Assembly: GCA_030595185.1 (NCBI GenBank)
Contig: JAUVDT010000002.1
Location: 1-61,125, forward strand
Direction: 5' to 3'
Origin: Gammaproteobacteria bacterium
GTDB lineage: Bacteria > Pseudomonadota > Gammaproteobacteria > SZUA-229
DNA length: 61,125 bases
How positions within the stretch are numbered: position 1 is the stretch's first letter; each line of letters starts with the position of its first letter. A program made the position numbers and the translations under genes. Below, one piece after another: positions 1-10,607 of the stretch. The notes under the pieces were generated by a model, which did not search any database, had not been told where the DNA came from, and saw only the letters and a list, made by a program, of their open reading frames with translations.

Positions 1-1
1 T

Positions 2-1126
<1,125 letters not shown>

Positions 1127-1132
1127 GTACTC

Positions 1133-1444
1133 GTGAAAGTCATCATCACCATTCTGGTTGTTTTACTACTGTATTTTCAGTTTAAACTCTGGGTTGGTGA
1201 TGGTGGCATTCCAGACGTTATGCATGTTCAAAATGAAGTGGATAACGCAAAAATTGAAGAAAAAAAACTGCAAGAACGCAACAAAGCACTCGCTGCGGAA
1301 GTTCGCGATTTAAAACAGGGGCTTGAAGCCATAGAAGAACGTGCTCGCAATGAGCTGGGTATGATCAAAGATGATGAAACCTTTTATCAAGTTATTAAAC
1401 CTGTCGAAGAAAAACTCCCTTCAATAAAATCACCATCTAAATAA
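1133..1444 (+). CDS. ftsB: Cell division protein FtsB
   Basis: 103 aa, GTG start. N-terminal TM helix followed by a coiled coil (LLYFQFKLWVGDGG...ARNELGMIKDDETFYQV), typical of FtsB. Conserved eno-ftsB-ispD order. Confidence 0.9.
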   Translation: MKVIITILVVLLLYFQFKLWVGDGGIPDVMHVQNEVDNAKIEEKKLQERNKALAAEVRDLKQGLEAIEERARNELGMIKDDETFYQVIKPVEEKLPSIKSPSK

Positions 1445-1470
1445 TGTGATGATAACGATTATAAAATTTC

Positions 1471-2205
1471 ATGAATAAAAATACTGTGAATTATTGGGCT
1501 GTGGTTCCAGCTGCCGGTGTCGGTAAACGTATGGGCTCTGATGTTCCTAAACAATATTTACAACTATTGGATAAAACGGTTATCGAACATAGTTGTCAGC
1601 GCTTATTAAATAATGAAAATATTACAGGCCTGGTTGTTGCGTTAGGTAAAGATGATGGCTATTGGGATGATATAAACCTTGAAACAGATAAGCCTGTTAT
1701 TCGAGTTGATGGTGGTGATGAGCGATGCCATTCTGTATTAAATGCATTAACTGAATTGTCAAAATTGAGTGAGCAGTCTGAATATAATATACAGCAAGAC
1801 GACTGGATATTAGTGCATGATGCAGCACGACCTTGTTTGCGTGAAGGTGATATTAATTTGCTCATTGAGCGTCTCAATGAGCATGCTGTTGGTGGACTTT
1901 TGGCTTTGCCGGTTAGAGATACAATGAAACGCCAAACTGATGATCAAACGGTTGATGAAACTGTTGATCGGGAAGGGCTATGGCAAGCGCAAACGCCACA
2001 AATGTTCCCCTTAGAAATGTTACGTCAAGCGATTGATGATGCGATCAAATCTGACTTTTTAATTACTGATGAATCATCGGCAATTGAATATATGGGACTG
2101 AATCCATTGTTAGTTGAAGGGCATGAAGATAATATTAAAATTACACGGCAACCTGATTTAAAATTAGCAGAGATGTATCTCAAGGCGCAAACAAATGACG
2201 ATTAA
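1471..2205 (+). CDS. ispD: 2-C-methyl-D-erythritol 4-phosphate cytidylyltransferase
   Basis: N-terminal [11 protein letters not shown] nucleotide-binding motif, length 244 aa, overlaps ispF by 11 nt. Confidence 0.95.
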   Translation: MNKNTVNYWAVVPAAGVGKRMGSDVPKQYLQLLDKTVIEHSCQRLLNNENITGLVVALGKDDGYWDDINLETDKPVIRVDGGDERCHSVLNALTELSKLSEQSEYNIQQDDWILVHDAARPCLREGDINLLIERLNEHAVGGLLALPVRDTMKRQTDDQTVDETVDREGLWQAQTPQMFPLEMLRQAIDDAIKSDFLITDESSAIEYMGLNPLLVEGHEDNIKITRQPDLKLAEMYLKAQTNDD

Positions 2206-2689
2206 TTTACCGTTTCGTATAGGCCATGGCTTTGATGTGCATGCATTTGAGACAGGTGATCATATAGTAATGGCTGGTGTATCGATTCCTTATCATAAAC
2301 AGTTCAAAGCGCACTCGGATGGCGATGTTCTGTTGCATGCAGTGTGTGATGCCGTATTAGGTGCTGCAGCATTAGGTGATATCGGGCAGCATTTTCCAGA
2401 TACTGATAAACAATATGAAAATATTGATAGTAGAGACCTGTTGCGACATGTGATTAGTCTTATAAAAGAGACTGGTTATCAGTTGGGTAATTTAGATGTA
2501 ACGATTGTTGCACAAGCACCCAAAATGTCTCAGCATATTGATAAAATGAAAGAAAATCTGGCAAAAGATTTTGCAGTTTCGACACAACAAATTAACGTGA
2601 AAGCGACAACAACAGAGAAATTAGGCTATACAGGTAGAGAAGAGGGTATTTCTGTGCACGCAGTTGCCTTACTTATGCAACAAAATTGA
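2195..2689 (+). CDS. ispF: 2-C-methyl-D-erythritol 2,4-cyclodiphosphate synthase
   Basis: [12 protein letters not shown] and [11 protein letters not shown] zinc/substrate motifs, 164 aa. Confidence 0.95.
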   Translation: MTINLPFRIGHGFDVHAFETGDHIVMAGVSIPYHKQFKAHSDGDVLLHAVCDAVLGAAALGDIGQHFPDTDKQYENIDSRDLLRHVISLIKETGYQLGNLDVTIVAQAPKMSQHIDKMKENLAKDFAVSTQQINVKATTTEKLGYTGREEGISVHAVALLMQQN

Positions 2690-2752
2690 AAAAATAGGAT
2701 TTGTTTTATAGCAAGGAGCTTTTATCAATTAAACACAGAGTTGTTGTTGCTC

Positions 2753-3343
2753 ATGATCATCTATATTCACGGCTTTAATAGTTCTCCTGCTTCATACAAA
2801 GCACAGGTGTTATTAAAATACTTTAAAGAGCGAGGGTGTGAAGATGAAATTATTATTCCTTCCTTATCATCTGTTCCCAGCTATGCCATGGCAGAATTAA
2901 AAGGCTTAGTTGAAAAAAATATATCTAATAATCTCTCGTTTATTGGTAGTTCACTGGGTGGGTATTACGCAACCTGGTTAGCTGATCGTTATGATTTGCC
3001 GGCTGTTTTAATAAACCCAGCCGTTAAGCCCTATGAACTGCTGAAAGAGTATCTTGGTAAAAACATTAATCACTACAGTGGCGAAGAGTACGAGTTAACA
3101 GAGCAGCATATAGAGGAATTGAAGGCTCTGGATATTGAATATATATCTAAGCCGCATCGTTACTTAACGATGCTTCAAACAGGAGATGAAGTGCTTGATT
3201 ACAGTCAGGCCTTTGTTAAGTTTGCGGGTTCACGAATGATACTAGAAGAAGGTGGCGATCATAGCTTTACCAGCTTCGAGCAACATATCGATACTATTCT
3301 TAATTTTTGTGGCACTCAAGTCGCAGATGTTACATCTATCTAA
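2753..3343 (+). CDS. yqiA: YqiA-like esterase (UPF0227 alpha/beta hydrolase)
   Basis: IYIHGFNSSPASYKA start and GSSLGGYYA nucleophile elbow, as in E. coli YqiA. The ORF is open from a TTG at 2741, but ATG 2753 (MIIYIHGF) fits family N-termini better. Confidence 0.8.
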   Translation: MIIYIHGFNSSPASYKAQVLLKYFKERGCEDEIIIPSLSSVPSYAMAELKGLVEKNISNNLSFIGSSLGGYYATWLADRYDLPAVLINPAVKPYELLKEYLGKNINHYSGEEYELTEQHIEELKALDIEYISKPHRYLTMLQTGDEVLDYSQAFVKFAGSRMILEEGGDHSFTSFEQHIDTILNFCGTQVADVTSI

Positions 3344-3438
3344 AGGTTATTCTCGTCTGTCTTAAGCTCCTAAATAGCTATTACATATCGTCTGCTGAGG
3401 CGTTACAATGTCCATACTGTATAAAAAGGTAGTATGGA

Positions 3439-3828
3439 ATGCCAACAAAAAAATCAACAATTGATAAAGACAAACTTGATAAAGTTGTCGCAGATGCCAT
3501 AAAAAACAGGCAGAGCCGCGAGCAGGATTATCGCGCAAAAGCATTAAAATTGTATCCTTGGATATGTGGTCGTTGCGAGCGCGAATTTGAACGACAAAAT
3601 CTTGTAGAGTTAACTGTACATCACCGTAATCATAATCATGATGATAATCCAGAAGATGGTAGTAACTGGGAATTGCTTTGTATTTATTGTCATGAAAATG
3701 AACATTCGCGTTTTGCAGATCAAATACGTGGTGAAGGATATTCATTAGTTGGCAAATCCAAAGTAGAAGAAGCAACATCCAATCCGTTTGCCGACCTTAA
3801 AGCAATGTTGAATAATAAAAATAAATAA
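3439..3828 (+). CDS. yajD: HNH nuclease family protein YajD
   Basis: 129 aa with CGRCE...HHRNHNHDDN...LCIYCHENEH HNH/zinc-finger pattern, characteristic of YajD. Confidence 0.85.
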   Translation: MPTKKSTIDKDKLDKVVADAIKNRQSREQDYRAKALKLYPWICGRCEREFERQNLVELTVHHRNHNHDDNPEDGSNWELLCIYCHENEHSRFADQIRGEGYSLVGKSKVEEATSNPFADLKAMLNNKNK

Positions 3829-3843
3829 TATAGAAGAATTGTT

Positions 3844-4890
3844 ATGACGCTCGGACCAGTAATGATTGACTTAATCGGTACGAAAATTACACCTGTTGAA
3901 CGTGAAATGCTACTACACCCGAATACAGGTGGTGTAATTTTATTTACCCGAAATTTTGAGTCAATAAAACAATTAGAGACATTAACTGCTGAAATTCATT
4001 CGTTACGGGAACCCCATTTATTAATTGCTATTGATCATGAAGGTGGGCGAGTTCAACGTTTTCATGAAGGATTTACTCGCTTGCCATCAATGGCAACTTT
4101 TGGAAAAATGTATCGAGAAGATAAAAATAAAGCGAAACAACTTGCAGAGAAAACAGGTTGGTTAATGGCATCTGAATGTTTAGCTACGGGTATCGACTTT
4201 AGTTTTGCACCGATTCTGGATTTAGGGCATGGTATTAGTGGCGTTATTGGTGACCGTGCTTTTGATTCTACAGTTGATATTGTTTCAATACTTGCACATG
4301 AATTTATGCAGGGAATGAAACGTGCTGGAATGGCTGCAACAGGCAAACATTTTCCAGGCCATGGTTCTGTTAAAGAAGATTCGCACGTAGGTCATCCTGT
4401 TGATCGACGTTCATTGGCAGACATTATGATGGAAGATATAATCCCTTTTGAACGGATGATCAGTTACGGTCTGGCAGCTGTAATGCCTGCGCATGTTGTT
4501 TATCCGCAAGTCGATGAAAATGCAGCCGGATATTCAGAGTGTTGGTTACAGAAAATTCTGCGTCAACAATTAAAATTCGAAGGTGTGATCTTTAGTGATG
4601 ACCTGAGTATGGAGGCTGCAGCACCAGCTGGTGGTTACACAGAGAGGGCACGAAAAGCATTACAGGCGGGATGTGATATGGTTTTAGTATGCAATCACAG
4701 TGCTGAAGCAAAAGAAGTATTAGAAGGTTTGGGTGATGATATTAACCCTGCCTCTGCAATGCGTCTTATTCGTATGCATGGACACGTACATTTAAATAAA
4801 GCCGAATTGCATGCCAGTGAAGAATGGCAACAAACGGTAGAATTAATTGAACCATTATCTGATTCACCTGAATTAGAGCTGGATATTTAA
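3844..4890 (+). CDS. nagZ: Beta-N-acetylhexosaminidase (peptidoglycan recycling)
   Basis: GH3 motifs IDHEGGRVQRF and KHFPGHG, 348 aa. Confidence 0.93.
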   Translation: MTLGPVMIDLIGTKITPVEREMLLHPNTGGVILFTRNFESIKQLETLTAEIHSLREPHLLIAIDHEGGRVQRFHEGFTRLPSMATFGKMYREDKNKAKQLAEKTGWLMASECLATGIDFSFAPILDLGHGISGVIGDRAFDSTVDIVSILAHEFMQGMKRAGMAATGKHFPGHGSVKEDSHVGHPVDRRSLADIMMEDIIPFERMISYGLAAVMPAHVVYPQVDENAAGYSECWLQKILRQQLKFEGVIFSDDLSMEAAAPAGGYTERARKALQAGCDMVLVCNHSAEAKEVLEGLGDDINPASAMRLIRMHGHVHLNKAELHASEEWQQTVELIEPLSDSPELELDI

Positions 4891-4891
4891 T

Positions 4892-5989
4892 ATGAAAGAA
4901 CTATGGGCAAACATCGTATCATGGACGGTAAACGAAGATACATGGATTATTTATGTGTTTCTTATTGTGCTTGCTACATTAACAGCAAATTTTTCACTCA
5001 AACGCTTTCTTAATAAGTTGCATTTGAGGCTTTTAAAAACCAATAATCCCTGGGATGATGCATTGATTTTAGCTGCACAGCGTCCAATAACGTGGATGGT
5101 ATGGTTGTTAGGTATTATTTTAGCGATTGATGTTGTTCAGTATGAAAATAAATCGGCTGTATTTGAAACACTAGAACCATTAAAATTTGTTGGTGTGATT
5201 CTGATATTAACTTTATTTTTATTAAGATTAACTCGTCAAATTGAGTTGGTTTTTAAACAGCAAGAAAATGAAGATGCTAAAAAGAAATATGAAGCAGCCA
5301 CTGTAGAAGCTGTTAGCAAGCTATTAAGAGCCTCCGCTATTATTACAGGTGTCCTGGTTGCATTACAAACATTGGGTTTTAGTGTTTCAGGTGTATTAGC
5401 CTTCGGTGGAATTGGTGGTGTTGCTATTGGTTTTGCAGCAAAAGACTTATTAGCTAATTTTTTTGGTGGTTTAATTATTTATCTAGATCGGCCATTTACG
5501 GTGGGTGACTGGATTCGGTCTAATGATCGAGAAATTGAAGGAATAGTTGAAAATATTGGTTGGCGCTTAACAACAATAAGAACATTTGAGAAAAGACCGC
5601 TTTATGTGCCTAATTCAGTTTTTTCAAATGTTTCAGTTGAAAATCCTTCAAGAATGTCGAATAGACGGATTTATGAAACAATCGGTATCCGTTATGAAGA
5701 CAGTCATAAATTACCAGACATCATTGACGATGTGAAAATAATGCTAGAACAGCATGAAGAAATTGACAGTGAGCAGACGTTAATTGTTAACTTTAATAAT
5801 TTCGCACCATCATCGTTAGATTTCTTTATTTATACCTTTACTAAAACGACCGAATGGATATATTTTCACAAAGTTAAACAAGATATTTTGTTGTCGGTAC
5901 TGGAGATAGTCAATCAGCATGGTGCTGAGGTTGCCTTTCCTACATCAACAGTGCATCTTGATTCGCAAATTCCCGAGAGAATGCTATAA
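4892..5989 (+). CDS. MscS-family mechanosensitive ion channel
   Basis: Multiple N-terminal TM helices, then the conserved MscS core (GFAAKDLLANFFGGLIIYLDRPFTVGDWI). The start lies 1 nt after the nagZ stop. Confidence 0.85.
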   Translation: MKELWANIVSWTVNEDTWIIYVFLIVLATLTANFSLKRFLNKLHLRLLKTNNPWDDALILAAQRPITWMVWLLGIILAIDVVQYENKSAVFETLEPLKFVGVILILTLFLLRLTRQIELVFKQQENEDAKKKYEAATVEAVSKLLRASAIITGVLVALQTLGFSVSGVLAFGGIGGVAIGFAAKDLLANFFGGLIIYLDRPFTVGDWIRSNDREIEGIVENIGWRLTTIRTFEKRPLYVPNSVFSNVSVENPSRMSNRRIYETIGIRYEDSHKLPDIIDDVKIMLEQHEEIDSEQTLIVNFNNFAPSSLDFFIYTFTKTTEWIYFHKVKQDILLSVLEIVNQHGAEVAFPTSTVHLDSQIPERML

Positions 5990-6042
5990 AGTAAGTAATA
6001 TTAATTTAAATTTAAATTGATTTAGAGAAGTAAGGGGGTTAA

Positions 6043-6411
6043 ATGGCTGATAAATTAATAATAATACTGGTTAATACTAATCCATCCAATCCGCTGGAAG
6101 TCGGGCCTCCATTTTTTCAAGCGACAGTTGCAGCTGCTATGGAATATGATGTTGAAATAATTTTTACAGGCCGTAGTTGCGAGCTGGCTCTAAATGGTGT
6201 GTCTGAAGGTATAGTTATACCTGGTCAACATAAAAAGACACTTTACGATATTATAAAAGATGCACATTCTGCTGGTGTCTCATTTAAAGTATGCACACCT
6301 ACACTCGAAATATGGGGTGATGATTTTATAAAGGAAGTGGATGAAACTGTTGGTGGTGCTTATGTTATCGGTGAAGCAATGGATGATTCAACAGTTACCT
6401 TTACTTACTAA
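6043..6411 (+). CDS. DsrE/DsrF-like family protein
   Basis: 122 aa. The overall pattern (N-terminal beta-strand LIIILVN, central helix, C-terminal VCTPTLE with a conserved Cys) resembles the DsrE/TusD fold. Strong RBS (AAGGGGG). Assigned by resemblance only. Confidence 0.55.
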   Translation: MADKLIIILVNTNPSNPLEVGPPFFQATVAAAMEYDVEIIFTGRSCELALNGVSEGIVIPGQHKKTLYDIIKDAHSAGVSFKVCTPTLEIWGDDFIKEVDETVGGAYVIGEAMDDSTVTFTY

Positions 6412-6477
6412 ATTAGCGGTGTGTTATCAATTAATCTAACACATGAATTTAAGATAGTCTGAGATTTTATTATTGTT

Positions 6478-7032
6478 ATGCTTTTAAACGAAATACAGAG
6501 TCACCTGAAAAATGCTGACCTTTTATATAATGCTTCTCAAATTAAAGAAGCGCTCATCGCTCAAGCTAATCAAATAAACCAATATTTAAAAGATATTCCT
6601 GAGACGAGTCAGCCCCCCGTTATGTTGCCCGTTATGAATGGGGGCTTGATTTACGCAGGGCAGTTGCTGCCTTTAATTACTTTACCTGTTGAGATTGATT
6701 ACATACACGCTACTCGATATCGAAATACAACGAAAGGTCATGAATTAGATTGGAAAGTATACCCTCAGTCAGATTTGAGTGACAGATTGGTTATTGTTCT
6801 AGATGATATATTTGATGAGGGGCATACGCTGGAAGCGATTGTTAATTATTGTAAAGAAAAGAATGCAAATAGTATTTTAACTTCTGTACTAGTCACTAAA
6901 GAACATAATAGGCGTGATGTGAGTCTTGCCGTTGACTTTAGTGCGCTTTCTGTACCTGATCGATATGTTTTTGGCTATGGAATGGATTATAAAGGGCAGC
7001 TTAGAAACCTTGATGGTATTTACGCAGTTTAG
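6478..7032 (+). CDS. hpt: Hypoxanthine/guanine phosphoribosyltransferase family protein
   Basis: PRPP-binding loop VIVLDDIFDEGHTL and C-terminal FGYGMDY motif, 184 aa. Confidence 0.85.
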   Translation: MLLNEIQSHLKNADLLYNASQIKEALIAQANQINQYLKDIPETSQPPVMLPVMNGGLIYAGQLLPLITLPVEIDYIHATRYRNTTKGHELDWKVYPQSDLSDRLVIVLDDIFDEGHTLEAIVNYCKEKNANSILTSVLVTKEHNRRDVSLAVDFSALSVPDRYVFGYGMDYKGQLRNLDGIYAV

Positions 7033-7039
7033 TAAAAAA

Positions 7040-8026
7040 TTACTTAATAATTAGATTTCGTATTTCCTCGGCATTGGATGAATTTGCAAAAATAATACCG
7101 TTATTGACAAGAGGGATTCTTTTTAGTTTATCCAGCCTGTTGTTGCTTAATAATTTAAGTAAATGTGTAATATTTTCCTCTAATGCATCAATATATAAAT
7201 TCTTTTTACCAAAATGAATGCCTGCATATTTATACACACCATTAAATAAATTATTAAGGCGGCTATTTATTTCTTTGTTATAAAAGTCAGGCGTTTTTTG
7301 AAGTAAATGTTCACCTGAAGAGTAGATGGTTGTGGTGGAGCCATCTGCATTTTTAACTTCTGCAATACGGCCTAAAACGAACTCTGGGTAAAGGCGGTCA
7401 CGACACTTCTCAAGATAACAGCGATCTGACATCTGAGCGATTAAATCAGCAGAACCTAACATATACCCCAGTGTATGAAGTTTATCTTCTTTTAATTTTA
7501 TTTCATTTGGCATCACTTCATAACCGGTGTAATGCACTATGTTACTTGCAATATCAACATAGTCTGCAACGCCAATCATAGGGAGGTATTTAGATAAAAA
7601 TGATGCGCTTCTAGTGACATGTATTTTTGTGAATACAGCGCCATTTGTATGTTCATCATCTAGTTCACGGATATAGCCTGAGTCATGATAAAGAGCAGTG
7701 ATAATACCTATAGCGGCATAATCTGCACTTAGCTGGTTTTCTTTTGTGTTTGATTGCTGGTAGCCTTCAATTAATCGAGCCAATGCAAGCGTCATATCAA
7801 GAGTGTGTTGTTTGTCATGATAAAAAGTATCACAAGCATTGTAACCTTCAAACTCACCTTCAAATAGTTTTTCAAAGTCTTCAAAACTTTGTTGGATAGG
7901 GGAGAAATGCTTTTCATCAAACAAATGAATATAGATTTCACGAACAGCAGAACATACTTCTGATGCAGAGGTTACAAGAATATTATCTGTAACATCGTAG
8001 CCTTTTCTCCGTTTATTTTTATCCAT
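7040..8026 (-). CDS. HD-domain metal-dependent phosphohydrolase, substrate unknown
   Basis: H...HD...D pattern: YHDKQHTLDM then ALYHDSGYI then GSADL. Lies 37 nt downstream of the CHASE2 cyclase on the same strand with no visible terminator. Confidence 0.7.
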   Translation of the reverse strand: MDKNKRRKGYDVTDNILVTSASEVCSAVREIYIHLFDEKHFSPIQQSFEDFEKLFEGEFEGYNACDTFYHDKQHTLDMTLALARLIEGYQQSNTKENQLSADYAAIGIITALYHDSGYIRELDDEHTNGAVFTKIHVTRSASFLSKYLPMIGVADYVDIASNIVHYTGYEVMPNEIKLKEDKLHTLGYMLGSADLIAQMSDRCYLEKCRDRLYPEFVLGRIAEVKNADGSTTTIYSSGEHLLQKTPDFYNKEINSRLNNLFNGVYKYAGIHFGKKNLYIDALEENITHLLKLLSNNRLDKLKRIPLVNNGIIFANSSNAEEIRNLIIK

Positions 8027-8063
8027 ATATAATCACTGTTTTAATAAGAGTAATCGGGGTTTT

Positions 8064-10259
8064 TTATTTACTGGTATGAGTGAAAACTCCATCCCAATTA
8101 ACTTCAGGCGGGGTGTCTAAATAAATTTTCGTTCTTTCTAAGTAAAGTTCATATAGTTTTCTATTTGGATAATCTTGAGTAAGTTCTAAAAACATATTGC
8201 TTGCACTAAGCCAGTCTTGTGCCAGGAAACTTTCTAGTGCATTTTTATGCATTTCAAGTTCGGTTTTTGTATCTGGGCTGATTTCAGTCTTAAGTCCCAA
8301 AGGTTCAAATATAGTGACTGGCTGGTCTTTACCTTTAACACGTACTTTGTCTATAAATCGGTATTCGAAATCTGGAACGGCATCTTTCGTGTATTCGCTT
8401 ACAATAATATCCACGGCATAATTTTTTGTAAGTCCTTCGAGTCTTGATCCTAAATTAACGGTATCTCCAAGTACTGTGTATGCCATACGAAATTCTGAGC
8501 CCATATTACCTACATTCATAGGGCCGCTGTTAATACCGACACCTATCTTTATTTCTGGCCAGCCACGGTCTTTAAATGATTGGCTAAGAGCCTTCATTTC
8601 CTCAATCATTTCCATGCCGGCAATTAATGTATTGCGCGCGTGTAGCTCATCCGTTAATGGTGCTCCCCAAAAGGCCATAATGGCATCACCCATATACTTA
8701 TCGATAGTGCCTCTATTTTTATGGATGATTCCAGTCATAGGTGTTAAAAAACCATTGATGAACTGAGTGAGTTCTTTTGGTGTTAAGTTTTCAGATATGG
8801 TTGTGAAACTTCTTACATCACTAAAGAGTACTGACATTTCACGGGTTTCACCATCAACAGATAAATCTTCTGGATGTTCACTTAATTCATCGACGAGTTC
8901 AGGAGGAACGTATTGACCAAAGAGTCGTGTTATTTGGCGTTTGTTATGTGATTCAATGAAAAAGCCATAGGACATATGTAGCCCAAATAAAGCGACTACC
9001 AACAATAATGAATTAGTAAGTGGAAGAACAAGATTAAGGCTTTGCCATGCGTATAAATTGCCTGTTATTAAGATAAAAATAATAAAGAAAGTGGTAAGTG
9101 TTGTATAAAGAGGTGAGAGTTTGGGTAATATGATAGTTAGAAATATGCCCAGAGAGAGAAGAAGTAAAAATTCTAAAGCAAACGTATATGAAGGTTGTTC
9201 TTTAATTCGGCTCTCTATTATGCCTGAAACTATATTGGCATGTACTTCAACCCCTGGGTACCCAGTTTCTAAAGGCGTTGTTCTTAAGTCTTTTAAACCT
9301 GCAGCAGATGTGCCGATAATAACAATCGTATCTTTAAGGGCAGTAATAGATGCGGATTTATTAAGCACATCAACAGCTGAAATATAAGGAAAACTCTTCA
9401 AGTAACCACGATAAGGAACCAGAATATTAGTTTCCTGGTCAACTGGAATTTGATAGTCGCCAACAGTAACCCAGTCGATGAATACTTCGTCTTCATCACT
9501 GGCTTCAATTTGTATTTCAATTTTGGGTGAACCGATTGCTGCGCGAAAAAGCCCGAATGCTAATGATTCATAAACTTTACCATTATGCATTTGTAAAAGA
9601 GGTACACGGCGAAAAACGCCATCAGAATCGTAAGCTATACTAGGGTTGTCAATAAAACCTCCGCTAAAAGCGTTGTCTTGCAATTTGGGTAAATTTCCAA
9701 TGAATGCATTTTGCTGAATGAGGCTGATTTTATTTTCTAATTCTACTGGTTTAGGTAATGATGTTTTATTGTTGTTTTTTTCATCAATGAAAGCAAAGCC
9801 TAAGATAGTTTTCCTATCTTTTAAGCTGTTTGAAAAAATTTTGTCATGATCTAATGACGGTAATATTTTATTGTATTCTCTTAAGAAGTCTTTATTTGAT
9901 TTTAAAGGGCCTTGTGCGAGGTCAGTGAATGTTTTAAAGCTACTGTCTACATCAGCTTCTGCAAATATGATATCAAAGCCCAAAGTATTGATTTTGTAAT
10001 GATCAAAAAGGTTATCAACAATATCGGCAAGAGTGTCTCTGTTCCATGGCCATTGACCTAATTCTGAAAGACTTTTCTCATCAATATCAAGAATAACGAT
10101 CTTAGTGTCTACAGTGTAGGGCGCGGTGTACTTTAAACGCGTGTCATATGTGAAGTTTTCTATTTGATTAAACAGAGGTAAATTGAACTGACCGATTGGT
10201 TGCAAAATAAATAAAAGAATTATGCAGGCACTAATAATTGTTTTTATATGTTTTTGCAT
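8064..10259 (-). CDS. CHASE2 sensor-domain class III adenylate/guanylate cyclase
   Basis: N-terminal TM, a periplasmic CHASE2-like region (ILDIDEKSLSELGQWPWNRD...), then a TM bundle. Cyclase core has metal Asps (LFSDVRSFT, YMGDAIMAFWG), substrate Lys (IDKYMGD), Thr in YTVLGD (class IIIb-like, favours ATP) and GDTVNLGSRLE. A helical C-terminal tail follows. Confidence 0.88.
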   Translation of the reverse strand: MQKHIKTIISACIILLFILQPIGQFNLPLFNQIENFTYDTRLKYTAPYTVDTKIVILDIDEKSLSELGQWPWNRDTLADIVDNLFDHYKINTLGFDIIFAEADVDSSFKTFTDLAQGPLKSNKDFLREYNKILPSLDHDKIFSNSLKDRKTILGFAFIDEKNNNKTSLPKPVELENKISLIQQNAFIGNLPKLQDNAFSGGFIDNPSIAYDSDGVFRRVPLLQMHNGKVYESLAFGLFRAAIGSPKIEIQIEASDEDEVFIDWVTVGDYQIPVDQETNILVPYRGYLKSFPYISAVDVLNKSASITALKDTIVIIGTSAAGLKDLRTTPLETGYPGVEVHANIVSGIIESRIKEQPSYTFALEFLLLLSLGIFLTIILPKLSPLYTTLTTFFIIFILITGNLYAWQSLNLVLPLTNSLLLVVALFGLHMSYGFFIESHNKRQITRLFGQYVPPELVDELSEHPEDLSVDGETREMSVLFSDVRSFTTISENLTPKELTQFINGFLTPMTGIIHKNRGTIDKYMGDAIMAFWGAPLTDELHARNTLIAGMEMIEEMKALSQSFKDRGWPEIKIGVGINSGPMNVGNMGSEFRMAYTVLGDTVNLGSRLEGLTKNYAVDIIVSEYTKDAVPDFEYRFIDKVRVKGKDQPVTIFEPLGLKTEISPDTKTELEMHKNALESFLAQDWLSASNMFLELTQDYPNRKLYELYLERTKIYLDTPPEVNWDGVFTHTSK

Positions 10260-10607
10260 ATTCCGTTCGCTATATCTCAGTAGAAAAGACTTTATATACT
10301 ATGTATAAAACCATAGCAAATAATCAATAAAACACCAAATATTGCAGATGAAATATGGCTATTTAATTGTAATATTGTGACTTAGGGATAGGTTTTAGTT
10401 GTTTCTTTAACCAGATGCATGATTTATTGCAATAAACTAAGGTTTTATGACTTACTGAGTTATCACTTTTTAATGGAATAGCCTGCTTTAAAGTGGTTTT
10501 TATAGAGCGCTATTTAAATAATAGATCTACCCTTGTGATCAAATTTCTGATTTAATATTCATTAAATCTTAATCTTGTCTGATTAATCTTAAAATTTACT
10601 GAAAATT

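Noticed and set aside
3362-3778. 138-aa minus-strand ORF fully antisense to yajD
   Set aside because: Shadow ORF of a well-supported gene. The sequence is Leu/His/Cys-rich and low in information, with no RBS and no recognisable family.
7040-8026. Calling the HD protein a class I (eukaryote-type) cyclic nucleotide phosphodiesterase on the basis of YHDKQHTLDM resembling YHNxxHAxDV
   Set aside because: HDxxH and HD motifs also occur in other HD families such as YpgQ/YedJ-type enzymes. The second PDE signature (HDxxHxGxxN) is not matched. The idea is kept only as a context-based hypothesis, not as an annotation.
10376-10391. CRP/Vfr-like site (TGTGA-N6-GATAG) upstream of the cyclase operon
   Set aside because: Only one half-site matches the TGTGA-N6-TCACA consensus. 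That is too weak to call.
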